Positions 11,577 through 21,950 of a stretch of 46,702 nt of DNA are shown here, in pieces. The stretch's first letter is position 1. Each line of letters opens with the position of its first letter. Under the pieces are notes generated by a model, which was not told the origin of the DNA, searched no databases, and worked only from the letters and a program-made list of their open reading frames with translations. This DNA comes from Craspedostauros australis (Eukaryota). The stretch is from contig JALAGF010002109.1 in NCBI GenBank assembly GCA_030167865.1, positions 1-46,702 of the forward strand, read 5' to 3'. The position numbers were made by a program, and so were the translations under genes.

Positions 11577-12559
11577 CGTGTTCTGTGAATGTGTGCTGTT
11601 GTTCTCGTGCACCGTTCAGCTCGGTGACTCCCAGCTGTATGTACTATGCGAGTATCCCTGTTTTTGTGTCATTGAGGCAAATGGCCCACAAGATCACCTT
11701 GGTCTTGATGACATGAATGCCACACATCAGTGCGTGAAGCAATTCAATAGTGGATGACCCAAGGAGAGCTTGGAACGACTTGATGCGCAATACCATCATG
11801 CGAAACAGAGTGGGCTGATCACTAAGGCCCTTGTGAGATGTGAGGCTTCGTCAATCAGCACAATGCACATCCACACACACACTTACACGACCCGCAACAA
11901 CCACAGAGACCGCTGTGGGGAAACAGAATCTGGGAGAGGCGTTGTTATTTTTGTGATGAGTTTTTGGTGTTCGTGTCGTGTGAGTCATGATGCTTCCATT
12001 ACTTATTGATAGCGACGCTCGTAAATAACGTGAAGACAACACTCCGACGCGATTGTTTGGCGACGGGCGACAAAACTGGCACCTACAATTTGACCAAAGC
12101 CAGAAATTTGGAGACAACAGGAAAGAACGACGAAAATGGAGAGATCTACAAGAATCAGCTGTTGTAACACACACACACCAAACCAAGGTTTCAAGCTGCC
12201 GAATGTTCCACAGTCACTCCACGAGTATTCTTGGCCTGAATTTATTTCTCTCTCGCAGTTTACTTCTCTGGTTTCGGCCATGTTGCTGTTGTTGCTGCTG
12301 TTGCTGTTCGTGCTCAGGCTTTTGCTGTGTTCTTGCTAGTTGTTCGTTGCTCTTTGCTCGTTGTTTGTTGAGTTGATGGCTGCGATTACTCGTGACCAGC
12401 GCAACATGCGCTTCCCTTTTTCCGTTCATCCATTCCCTTTCTTTTTTCTCTCACTCTGGAGACTATGCGACGATGAATCATTTTGCGTCACATATCACAT
12501 ACCACATACCACGTCCTATTCTACGATCCCTACCATTGATCTCATTTCGGCCGAATCGA

Positions 12560-14077
12560 TCATGCCATCGTTGCGTCGGCGGAACTGTCGGCGAAACGGT
12601 CGATGGAGCTGCTGCTGGTGGGCACGGGCGTCAACTTCTCAAGCAGGGCTTCCCGCGGATGATCGATATCCAAGGACACTCTCTCGTCCTGCAGAATGGC
12701 GTACAGATCGACGATGCTGAGCTCGTGAATGTCGCCACCGGCGGCAGCATCATCGGTGACTGGATGAGCAGATCCATGAAAGTGTATCTGCAGGATGGAA
12801 CGCTCCATGCCGTCGTATCTCAGCAGGTCGCCCCATCTGGGGTCATCGATTGCCTGAGAAAGCGAGTTCGCGACTTCCACCATGGCCGCTTCTTTGAGGA
12901 GCGAGCAGTTATTGTCTGCAGCGAACAGAACGTACTGCACGGCATTCGAAGCTCCCATGTATTCTCGCACGATCATATGCTCGCACAGAACCTTGAGCTG
13001 CCACACGCCAAAGCGATTGGCCAGCTTCAACATCTTTATGCATGACTCCTCGTGTTCCAGAATCTGCGGAGGCGATCCAGTATACACGAATTCAATCAAT
13101 GGCTGGAATGTGGCGATATCACAATCATAGATTGCGACGGTGTGAGGAGCCGAGGGATGTGCCACGCGCGCATCCTCCAGCAACAAGGACGCCATGTGCG
13201 GCGCACGCATCTCCAAAATAAGGCGATGAGCAAAGAGTGCATCGGTCCCATCGTTGAGCAAGAATTGGATATCTGCGTTCTGTGACCTCTCGAACCAGCG
13301 TTGTTGAGATACATTGCACAAATTCTGACACATCTTGAAGAAGGGGTCAACAGCCACCGAGAATGACACTTCGATCATTTCGGAGAGGAATGAGAAATCA
13401 GGGATCATGCCTTCTGGGCAGCTGTAGCATGAGAACACTGCGGATTCTCCTTCCACATCGAACTCCTGCTCGACCGAGGCCGCAAGAACCCGAGGATCAA
13501 CGCCGAGCGACACCTTTATCGTCTTGCCTCTCATGGACGGACACGGCCGGATGCAGCGCACGCGTACCACGACGTCCCATATCATAGGAGAGTACGGTAG
13601 CAATGATGCCACTGTTCCAAAAGGGAAGATGTCCAGGCACCAAACGTTTCGGCATGCAACGAAAGGCTTCAGGCTGAGCGACTTGCCCACATCGCTCATA
13701 GCCAATTTCGATAAGCTCGGCCACTTGGTTTGGTACGATGCGCCCTCGAAGGAAACGGGCGTTGCAGGTTGGGCCAGCTGCTCTCCTTCGGTGTTCCACC
13801 TTCTACGAGGGTTGGATGGAATGTTGACCTGCGGGTTTCCATGCCGCAACGATTGCGTCGCAACCTGGTTCGAATGGCTTGGTATGTGCCGTCCAGGTGG
13901 CGCCTGATGAAGCCTCGCAGAAGAGTAGTCTCTCGCATGGTGAAAATTATCCTGGCGAGACGGAGGCAACGCATGTGCGGCATGATAGTAGTATCCGGTT
14001 GTGGCATTAGTGCTGTGCGCGTCGCTCACATACTCGTTACTGTTATTGATGTTGTTGTTCATAATGGGTGCGTTCAT
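12560..14077 (-). CDS. MATH-like/BTB-POZ (SPOP-like) protein
   Basis: BTB 'NADIQFLLNDGTDALFAHRLILEMRAP...FQPLIEFVYTG...LKLANRFGVWQLKVLCE', followed by BACK-like 'SNAVQYVLFAADNNCSLLKEAAM'. Upstream 'WCLDIFPFG' resembles the MATH W-x-L-x-I-Y-P-x-G strand. Exact start uncertain. Confidence 0.8.
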   Translation of the reverse strand: MNAPIMNNNINNSNEYVSDAHSTNATTGYYYHAAHALPPSRQDNFHHARDYSSARLHQAPPGRHIPSHSNQVATQSLRHGNPQVNIPSNPRRRWNTEGEQLAQPATPVSFEGASYQTKWPSLSKLAMSDVGKSLSLKPFVACRNVWCLDIFPFGTVASLLPYSPMIWDVVVRVRCIRPCPSMRGKTIKVSLGVDPRVLAASVEQEFDVEGESAVFSCYSCPEGMIPDFSFLSEMIEVSFSVAVDPFFKMCQNLCNVSQQRWFERSQNADIQFLLNDGTDALFAHRLILEMRAPHMASLLLEDARVAHPSAPHTVAIYDCDIATFQPLIEFVYTGSPPQILEHEESCIKMLKLANRFGVWQLKVLCEHMIVREYMGASNAVQYVLFAADNNCSLLKEAAMVEVANSLSQAIDDPRWGDLLRYDGMERSILQIHFHGSAHPVTDDAAAGGDIHELSIVDLYAILQDERVSLDIDHPREALLEKLTPVPTSSSSIDRFADSSADATMA

Positions 14078-15146
14078 GGCGTGGATTGCCTCAGAAATGG
14101 CAGGACACAGTCGCGATACTGAACATCAGATGTTGCAAGTATTTTTTATGAGAACGTTTCTTTTGGTTTCGGGCGCATCTGCGATGACGCTCAACATCTC
14201 CGTCGCTTGCGTTGCTGAGTGCTGATGTCGCATTGCGTGTTGTGATCTTGGCGTGATGTGGTCTTCCGAGGCTTCATCCGTTCCCTTCATCTCCCACGCC
14301 GAGAATGCAGCGTGCTGAGCCCAGCAGCCTCAGACATCTACCAGGTTCTGTCAACATTCACACCCGCATGAGTATGTCTAAAACGCTCCACGGGTACTTG
14401 TTTACATGCACGTATGGTAGGCATTGGTTGTACAACAGTCGACCAACCCACATATTATCGTGGAAAGCGGCTACGAATACGACAACCATTACGTTTACTA
14501 CGGCTATTGCCATTGCCACGCTGGGTCTGTGTGCGAGTGCAACTTCGAGCGTGAATGTGAGCAACCCACGATGCTTCCTCATCTCGATCCCGATCTCGGC
14601 CGTGGGGATGAATTGATGAGTATGGAGGACGAAGGCAAGAATACCGAAAGACATGAACGTGTTTCGTCTCATGATGTGTCAGCAAGCGCCATGACTCGCT
14701 TCCGTGAGCATACAACTACTCGTGTATCTGTCCGTCCGTCTGTCCGATACACACTCAAGGCCTTCTGAATCAACAGGTTCAATTGGATCGAGAGTTGCAT
14801 CTCGCCTGGCGTAGCACAGTGTCGTAGGACCACTTAATAATTTATTCAGACATGAATGCATTCATTCTTTGGCGATGGGTGTTTCATGTGTATCGATTTC
14901 GGCGAGTCACAATCTCGGCGATTTTCAGCGCAAATCACCATCCCTTGACATCTCGCGCAATACACAAAACAAGGCACAGTCAAGTGCAACACGCAAGGGC
15001 ACGAAGCACAAAGCGGTTGACTGCGGATTGCACCATTTCTGGTCCAGAGACATAGAAACAGCCGCAAAGCTGGAGCTGCCATTGAAGAAGACTACCAGCA
15101 CAGGACGACTGCTCACATTCGAGACAAGACTAACGAAGACGACGCG

Positions 15147-16382
15147 ATGAAGTTCTGCGCAGCAGCGTTCGGCCTGCTGCTCTCGGCGGCCTCCTATGCG
15201 CAAGCCGGAGCATTGAGACGGTCGATGCAGACGAGGAATGAGATTCAGGTGGTGTACGAGTACCAGCTGGAGGTGAACAGTCCAGCGACCACGGGCACGA
15301 CGAGTGATGTGATGAACAGCATCGATGGCGCCATATTAACCAAGATGCAGAAGGCGTTGCCGAACGGCGCCTCTGTGGACGGCATGGACCCCAACGTGGA
15401 ATTCGAGAACATCGATAGCAGCATCTTCAGCGCCTGTTTCACGGGCAGCGACCAATGCTCGCTCATCCGATCCACCATCACGGTGTCGTACGCCGAGGAG
15501 AAGCCGAAACATCCTCTGGAACTCGTCACCTACAACCTCGTGAAGGAGTACCTGGATACGTTCGCGAGCGATGAGAAGAATGTGGACATCACGTACCTGT
15601 ACCCGTCGCCCGTCACAACGCTGGCGCAGTTCAAGATGGAACCGGTTGCGGGGGAAATGAGTGACGTCGACATCTTCGTGCTGGAGGAAACCTTCATGGA
15701 GGTGTTTGGGGCAATCGTGGCTGCCATCGAGGGTGACACTCGGGTTGTGAACAGCCTCTTCTTGTACCAGGATCTGTTCCCGGCTACTTCGACGAATGAC
15801 GCTACTGACAGCGCCGCCAGCCACCTCATGTCCACAGACCTGCTCATCAACGGCATTTGCCGTCAGTGCACCGAGGACGAGTTCATTTCCATCGTCGACG
15901 ACGTCGTCTCAACGAACCTCCCGGCGTACCAGGTCCAGCTGATGTCAAACGGCGAGACAGTCGGAACCAAATACTTCTCCGATGTGATTGACCTCACCTA
16001 CATGGTCCCTGTTCTCCCATCAAGTCTTGATTCCATCGACGACGAATCGGTTTATGACAACAAGGCGCCGAACGTCGATCGTGCCATCCCGTGGTTCGTC
16101 TTCCTCGCCATTGGTCTGGCCGTTTGCGTGCTCGGATGTGGAGCGTGCATACTGAGGATGGAAAAGGAGGAGTTCGAGAAGCCGGATGATACTAGTGAAA
16201 GCGAGGACGACTACAGCGAAGGGGATGGATCGGGCGACAACGGCTTCGTGGAAGCCGAAGACGTAACGTACGACCAAGGCCAAGAAGTCACGGCCTTCGA
16301 AGAGATCGAGGACTACCAGGTGGAAACAATTGTGGCGAGTGAAGACGGCGACGGAGCCGAGGTTAGTGTCTCTGTGTACTAG
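15147..16382 (+). CDS. Type I single-pass membrane protein, uncharacterised (411 aa)
   Basis: Signal peptide MKFCAAAFGLLLSAASYAQA, acidic ectodomain with Cys pairs, TM helix 'IPWFVFLAIGLAVCVLGCGACIL', very acidic tail, strong coding-type codon bias. Confidence 0.85.
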   Translation: MKFCAAAFGLLLSAASYAQAGALRRSMQTRNEIQVVYEYQLEVNSPATTGTTSDVMNSIDGAILTKMQKALPNGASVDGMDPNVEFENIDSSIFSACFTGSDQCSLIRSTITVSYAEEKPKHPLELVTYNLVKEYLDTFASDEKNVDITYLYPSPVTTLAQFKMEPVAGEMSDVDIFVLEETFMEVFGAIVAAIEGDTRVVNSLFLYQDLFPATSTNDATDSAASHLMSTDLLINGICRQCTEDEFISIVDDVVSTNLPAYQVQLMSNGETVGTKYFSDVIDLTYMVPVLPSSLDSIDDESVYDNKAPNVDRAIPWFVFLAIGLAVCVLGCGACILRMEKEEFEKPDDTSESEDDYSEGDGSGDNGFVEAEDVTYDQGQEVTAFEEIEDYQVETIVASEDGDGAEVSVSVY

Positions 16383-16705
16383 ATGCGTTGCGGCAGCTAC
16401 CACGCTCGCACATCGATGAACGAATGGTCGCGTGTGGCAGCACATGACACCGCGCCATCTCCGAAGACACGGACGGAGTGCAGAAGACCACCATCGCGCC
16501 CCACGTCCTGCTTCCCGCTTCATTTGAACCAATCTCAAATGGAAACTGTAAACAATAGAACAATTTATCCCAACATGAAATCATCAGTCGTCCAACTCAT
16601 ACCACGCGTGCGGAGGGAACCCCCGTTTCTCCTGCTGGAGGTCTGAGGTTACTTTGTCAGACTCTGCACCAGTTCGTTGGAATGAGGCCGAGCACGTCAT
16701 GATGA

Positions 16706-18556
16706 TCACTTGCGAGATTGATCAACCGTGGAGTCATCCAGACATGGAGGGAACTCGACAGAAGCCGAGACGTCATCGTCATCGTCACGGTTGGCATCAT
16801 CGTCGCCACCAGTATCTCCTGCCGCACGCCGATGTTTCTGACGTCCCTCCCACTGCTGCTGCAGATACTTGGACGATGACATTTCCGCCAAACGAGATTG
16901 GGTGCGATCCCATGCGAAGACTTCGTCATGCTCGATGCTGTCCTTGTCATATTCCTCGCCCAGTTGGAAGACGTTCTCGAGGCTGTCTGCCTTGGAGGTG
17001 TGCAAGACGAGCGTGACCTTCGATTCGTACATGGTGTCGATGAAGGTGATGAATCGACGCAACCAGTTGAGTTCGTTGAGCGTCATGATGGGGATCTTCT
17101 CCACGAAGACGGTGTGGAAGTGCTTCCCAATGACGAGGTAATCCGCCGCTCCCAACGCCTTCTGACAAAGGTCCGCAAACGTGAAGCGGCACACACCGCT
17201 GGACAGGCACGCGAGAGGTATGCGAACCTGCCGTCCTTGCGTCTGCAACGAAGTGGGTGCGACAGCTGCCCTGTCCGTCAGTTTGTTGTACAGCTTGCGC
17301 CAGCCCTCGCGCTCCTCCTTGCCACAAAAGTAGACCTGCTGAACGATGCGTCGTCCCTTGACTGATTTCGTCTTCTTTCCATTTTTGGAAGCGCCTTGTG
17401 AGGCTCCCGTCGCATCTGCGGCTTGGCCAACCTGGCTTGCCTCATCATTGTTGTCGTTGTCGTCTTCGTCGTCATCATCATCATCATCCAAGAACACGCC
17501 TCCAGCCTTGAGCAGCATACGGTAATCCTTCTCGGATGACAGCATGTTGACGATGGAGCAGTTCTGATTAAGATCATCGATGAAGGGCAGGAAGCGATCG
17601 CGTTGCAGACCATTCCAGTACAGATCTTCCGGAGCGCGGTTGGAAGTTGTAACTACGACGCAACCCTCGGTGTGCCACAGCCCAGCAAACAAGCGCTGCA
17701 GAATCATGGCGTCCGCAACATCCGTGACCTGAAACTCGTCCAGGCAGATGAGCTGACCCTGCTGTGCGATGCTGGCGATGACGGGTGCCAGCAGATCACC
17801 CTGCTGCTGCGCAGGATCGATCTTGCGCGCTCTGTGCATGTGCTCGTGGACCGTCAGCATGAATTTGTGGTAGTGGACCATCTGCTTATTTTGCGCCCAC
17901 GGACCCGAGTCGATGCTGTTGTAAAATCCGTCCATGAGGAACGTCTTGCCACAGCCAACGCCACCGAAGAGATACACGCCCCGAGCCGGCGGAGCGGCGG
18001 ATGCCCCTGTTTGGGACGAACCGTCGGCGATCGAGCCAAACCAGGTCGTGATGAGGTCCATGGTGTCGGTTGCTCCAGACCCCGTACCGCTTGCGTTGGA
18101 TCCATCAACTGCGGCACCTCCTGCCGCGCTACCGCTCGATCCGGGATCATGCGACATGAGATCATGGTACAGACGATCCAACTCTCTGGCGGCTGCGTAT
18201 TGATGCCCATCTCTTTCTATCTCTCCATCTCGCACCAATCGATTCAGCCGTCCCTCCACGGGTCCTTCATCTTCGTTGTGAACGCCATTGTCGTCGGCGT
18301 CCGTATCAGTATCCGCCTCAGCAGCAGCAGACGCCGAACGAGAGAAGCTGCGATGCGACAATGCCGCTGGCCTGCACCAGAGCGCGAAGTTACTCGCATG
18401 AATGGATTGTCTCTCAGTATCCGCATGCCCGGACGATCGACTTGCCATGCCACGCAGAGCCATTCGCGCCCAATTCTGCCGCGGCACCCGCATGGTTTCC
18501 AAAGCCGCGGGCACGATGGACCTCACCGATCGGTGACATTGCCGGAAACGGGGCAT
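16706..18556 (-). CDS. AFG1: AFG1/LACE1/ZapE-family AAA+ ATPase, probably mitochondrial
   Basis: 'RGVYLFGGVGCGKTFLMDGFY' (Walker A), 'LICLDEFQVTDVADAMILQRLF' (Walker B), 'TSNRAPEDLYWNGLQRDRFLPFI', 'LGAADYL', 'RRFITFIDTMYE', 'FAWDRTQSRLAEM'. Arg-rich N-terminus from ATG 18556 looks like a mitochondrial presequence. Frame is open to 18703. Confidence 0.92.
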   Translation of the reverse strand: MPRFRQCHRSVRSIVPAALETMRVPRQNWARMALRGMASRSSGHADTERQSIHASNFALWCRPAALSHRSFSRSASAAAEADTDTDADDNGVHNEDEGPVEGRLNRLVRDGEIERDGHQYAAARELDRLYHDLMSHDPGSSGSAAGGAAVDGSNASGTGSGATDTMDLITTWFGSIADGSSQTGASAAPPARGVYLFGGVGCGKTFLMDGFYNSIDSGPWAQNKQMVHYHKFMLTVHEHMHRARKIDPAQQQGDLLAPVIASIAQQGQLICLDEFQVTDVADAMILQRLFAGLWHTEGCVVVTTSNRAPEDLYWNGLQRDRFLPFIDDLNQNCSIVNMLSSEKDYRMLLKAGGVFLDDDDDDDEDDNDNNDEASQVGQAADATGASQGASKNGKKTKSVKGRRIVQQVYFCGKEEREGWRKLYNKLTDRAAVAPTSLQTQGRQVRIPLACLSSGVCRFTFADLCQKALGAADYLVIGKHFHTVFVEKIPIMTLNELNWLRRFITFIDTMYESKVTLVLHTSKADSLENVFQLGEEYDKDSIEHDEVFAWDRTQSRLAEMSSSKYLQQQWEGRQKHRRAAGDTGGDDDANRDDDDDVSASVEFPPCLDDSTVDQSRK

Positions 18557-19559
18557 CGTGCGAGTGGCTCGTGTGGCGATTGGGGAAGAGGAGAGCAGAG
18601 TCGTTGGCCTTCCTGCTACTTGTACTTGTCCGAGTGCAGCGTGGATTGGCGCCGAGAGTATTCGCTGGCAGATTCCGTGGAGTAGATGAATGTGATGGAG
18701 CACTACGAGTATCGGTGCATTTGTATGGTGCTTGTGCTCTTGCCCTGTTGGTATGTACGATTAGCCGTAGGTGTGAAGAGGAGTACTATCTACAAACATG
18801 GTCACCCGCTCATCGGTCAGCTCCTTCCACTTCTTGTCAACTGGTTCGTCCATCCGCATCGCGCGGACATTTTGCCGTGATGTGTCGAGACGAACAGAAT
18901 GACGACTTTCCCTCTTCTCTCGCTTTTGTTCGTGATTTGCGCAACGCGAACACGACCCGAAAGCGAAGATTGATCCATTCGACTAACTATCAATTCATTC
19001 GTGTTTCGCTTGCATCCAATGATACGAGTGGAAGACTGCGCCATCCACGACCAAAAAGCACATGTACCAGGCACCGCAACAACGTGCAGCTCTGACAAAA
19101 GTCACGTCTTACTCTAGTCGCTCATTGGCGCGTACCGGAATGTAGTAGTTGTTGTTATAGTAGTAGCAGTAGAGCAACAAAGACCAAGTGGAGAATAAAT
19201 TAGCGTAGAGCAGGAGAAAGTCAACCTATTATATTGCACTAAATACCATCGAATCGTTTTGGATGTGGCCCTCTCTGTTCTTTCCTGCACATCCGGATTT
19301 GCAACTCCTCGATTGCAACGTCTTCTGGGGCAATCGCCGTACTCTACATGCTGCGTCATGTGACATTGCTGAGGTTATCCTCACGAGTCTCGGTACTCTC
19401 CAAGCGCGTTGAAAAGAGCATGTCAAGGAAGTGCACGAGGGGAGATGGATGTGTGCGTAACCGTTCGAGTATGCAAATGGCTTGGATGAACGATGATCGG
19501 GTTGTATCGGTGCCACCATCGATGATGTGTACGTATTCCATCATTGGTGTGCAGGGTAC

Positions 19560-20282
19560 CTACGTCGTGACACCCAATGCTGCACCCACAGCCAACACGA
19601 TCTCCCAGATCATCCGCGTTGGAATTTGATACCCTGCTGCCTGCAGAAACGATTGTCGTTTCTGACCAGACAATGATGTGGCATCGCTCGAATTGATCAC
19701 GCTGCAGTCCACATCCGTCTCCGTGCACAGATCGACACCGTCACACGTCACGCAATGCGAAAGATTGAGATCCTGACAATCGAGGTTCGCCTCCACGATG
19801 CTGGTCACAAGATCGCCTTTCTGACAGGTCGTGAAGATGTAGTTGTAGGCGCTCGGGCTGATGGAGGGCAGGCATACATTCGAATCCCATTCGTAGCTGA
19901 TCCCTGCGTCTCCGTTCGTGCAGATGGGATCCTCGAATGCATCCTTGCACGCTATTGTGCCGTTGGTCGAATCCGAGCAAATTGCTCGCCCATTGTCACA
20001 GCCATGGCAAAAGGTGAGATTCTCTGTGATGGAGAATTCGGAGCATGTCTCGGTGACCCTCGACTCATCCTTGATCCGCTTGTTATCGCACGTTCCTTTC
20101 ACGGTCGTGATCTGAGTGGAAGATGCGCACTCAAGATACGAGTATGATAGCCGAACTGCGCTGGCTGGGCACATCCCAACGAGTTGCGCAGAGTTTGCGC
20201 CTGCCTGAAACAAGAAGACCACGATCCAAAGCAATGGTCTGAGTGACGATGGCGGAGTGGCAATCATCGTCCGCTCTTTCAT
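19560..20282 (-). CDS. Small Cys-rich secreted/cell-surface protein, possibly GPI-anchored (~240 aa)
   Basis: Hydrophobic signal 'LRPLLWIVVFLFQAGANSA', many regularly spaced Cys, C-terminal hydrophobic tail 'MIWEIVLAVGAALGVTT'. ATG 20282 or 20267 is preferred over the low-complexity 5' extension to 20573. Confidence 0.7.
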   Translation of the reverse strand: MKERTMIATPPSSLRPLLWIVVFLFQAGANSAQLVGMCPASAVRLSYSYLECASSTQITTVKGTCDNKRIKDESRVTETCSEFSITENLTFCHGCDNGRAICSDSTNGTIACKDAFEDPICTNGDAGISYEWDSNVCLPSISPSAYNYIFTTCQKGDLVTSIVEANLDCQDLNLSHCVTCDGVDLCTETDVDCSVINSSDATSLSGQKRQSFLQAAGYQIPTRMIWEIVLAVGAALGVTT

Positions 20283-21950
20283 CGCTCTGCTTGTCAGTTG
20301 GACCGTTCCTCTTCCTTGCTCTCTGCGTGGCCTCGTTTCCGAGCTACTCGTATGTTGCTGCCAGTGCGTTGTCCTCTTTGCAGCGCTAATTGTGTCGATA
20401 CCACTACCACCACTAATAATAATACGACTACTGTTGTCAGTCGATGAGTGCTTGGGGTGGTACTGCGTTGATAATGCAGCGATCTGGTGTTGATGATTGT
20501 GATCGTCATCACCCGCTTGGTCGTGCCTGGAGTGCTGAGAAGTGTGACATGGTGTCAATTGAGTGAGACGCACAACATCTCATGACTGGCACACTGCGTG
20601 TGGCAAACGCGACAAGCAACCACTCATGACAAACTTGGCACTGTACAGTTCGCCCAAGGCCGCCAAGTACCAGATGTGGTGATTTCTCGTAGGTCGCCCA
20701 CAACAACATTTCTGCTTTTGATTCGTGGAACCGATTTCACGACTCAAATCACAAACGAGGCGCACGCAGAGAGCCACGTCCTCGTGCTCGTATTTTTGGC
20801 AACGCCTCGTCGACGATTTCAAAAGATGGCCGAACTTGTTACAGCATGTGCCATGGATGGCTACAATAGTATAGCAGCAGAATATAGTGTGATAGTGGTG
20901 TGTACTTGTAGATACTTTTCGTTGAGAAATGCAACGGATAATGAAGCCGTCACATCACAATTTTGGATCTGCGCATACGTGGACACAACATCACGTCGCT
21001 CCCCACCATGTGGCCTGCATTCGCCTGATGTCACCAGGTTTGGGGTGGCGTTCTGTAGCGACGAGAGGTCTTGTTGTTTCCTGTGATGTCGGGTGGAGGC
21101 CATATCATTTCGCGGTGCGGTGGCGGCTACAGCCTGACAACCAGAATGAATTCGCAAAGAGAAGCGCAGAGGTACAGAAGCGTGCAGATACATGAGTGCA
21201 TGAAGAATTCATTCGGTGCATCGCCGCCGAATGTAGAATACGTACGATGATTATAATCATCGACCTCTCATCGCGGCTCGGATTTCACTCAGCCACTCGC
21301 TATCGGCGCAATCATCACGATGGCCACCACGACAACCAACCAACCCACGAGGCAAGCAAGGCATTGAGATGCAGGTTCATCCAACCACATGCCACCTGCA
21401 ACCTCGATGCGACCAGTTGCAGAGCGACAGAATGCCGTTCAGTGAGACGCTCAATCAATCGCGATCTGATGAGACACTTCTCACATCACGGGTTCGGCAC
21501 AACTTCCGACGAAATCGCCGATCTGGCAATGGAATTGCAGAGAGGAAACGCGAAGCGACCAGCGTGCCCAAGTCCGTCAGAGTTCCCAAAGTCCATGTTT
21601 CCTCCAACAGATTATACTTGTTCCACCTCAGCTTCTAAGTATTGCGTTCGTTTGAGGTTGCTGGTGTCCGTTATGAGTATTTCCCATTTGTGTAAATTAC
21701 GGCTTGGTATGTTTTGCCGTGACCCCACAATTTGAACAATCTTTCCTTTGGATTCGACACGAACCTGTGCGCCAACCACACCAAAAGGTCGAACGTTGGC
21801 ACAAATCATCGGATTGGCTGATCACGTGTTCTCGCAATCGCAACACTCTATCGGCAGCAAGGTATGCCAAGAGGATCAATGCAAGCGGGAGACCGTAAGA
21901 ATTCATTGAACATGTCCACGACAACAAACCGACGCTGCCGCGACAGCAGC

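Noticed and set aside
17603..18685. 360-aa + strand ORF
   Set aside because: Antisense shadow of AFG1 caused by codon bias.
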